A stretch of DNA of 63,299 bases from a virus. Its lineage: Duplodnaviria; Caudoviricetes. The DNA is taken from positions 1-63,299 of IMG/VR virus record IMGVR_UViG_3300009678_000063; one strand, 5' to 3'. The notes below the pieces were generated by a model. That model saw only the letters and a list, made by a program, of their open reading frames with translations. It ran no database searches and had not been told where the DNA came from. The position numbers and the translations under genes are program-made. This document shows, one piece after another, positions 63,181-63,299 of the stretch. The stretch's first letter is position 1. Every line of letters starts with the position of its first letter.

Positions 63181-63299
63181 TGGGTCCCTTCTCAGGCGAT
63201 ACGTGGCTCATCCAGAGTCGTGGTCGGCCATCGGGGCCGATGAATCCGGTACGGAATACCGGGTGCTTGGGCCCCCTGAGGCCCATGAGCCGAAACAAC
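63161..63299 (-). CDS. 3' part of a 64-aa ORF starting at position 69 and crossing the circular junction
   Basis: MTFTAPVEETPKIVLSRKLFRLMGLRGPK...DDSAN* reads through the 16-nt overlap. Confidence 0.5.
   Translation of the reverse strand, partial: LFRLMGLRGPKHPVFRTGFIGPDGRPRLWMSHVSPEKGPIDDSAN

Larger units (their letters stand above)
1..63299. mobile_element. Complete tailed bacteriophage genome (siphovirus-like)
   Basis: TerL, portal, protease, major capsid, tail tube, tape measure, lysis and replication modules; terminal 16-nt overlap; no host housekeeping flanks. Confidence 0.95.

Overview
The window looks like a complete, circularly closed ~63.3-kb GC-rich tailed (siphovirus-like) phage genome. 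The first and last 16 nt are identical and a small ORF reads through the junction. Layout: (i) 5.4-16 kb rightward early/accessory genes (ArdC, Fic, DUF6011-like, many small ORFs); (ii) 16.5-29.4 kb recombination, replication and nucleotide genes (tyrosine recombinase, Cas4-like nuclease, DnaB, primase, SSB, MazG-like, dNMP kinase, acetyltransferase, GT2); (iii) 29.5-55 kb leftward virion and lysis genes, with a GT4 glycosyltransferase inside the head operon; (iv) 55.0-59.8 kb leftward RNA island; (v) thyX, nrdJ and, across the junction, NDP-sugar epimerase/aminotransferase genes. The RNA island is the most striking part: 39 CCA-ended tRNA genes covering all 20 amino acids, mostly spaced by 1-2 nt, a phage-encoded RNase P RNA with its own promoter, and about seven unassigned structured RNAs. 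Other unexplained signals are nine promoter-like TTGACA-N7/8-TAcAcT elements (spacer about one helical turn short), 22 copies of GTTACAA in 3.5 kb of the putative leading end, and apparent genome-wide AGCT avoidance that extends into tRNA D-stems. All calls come from reading the sequence by eye. No database searches were run, counts are manual, and the host is not determined.
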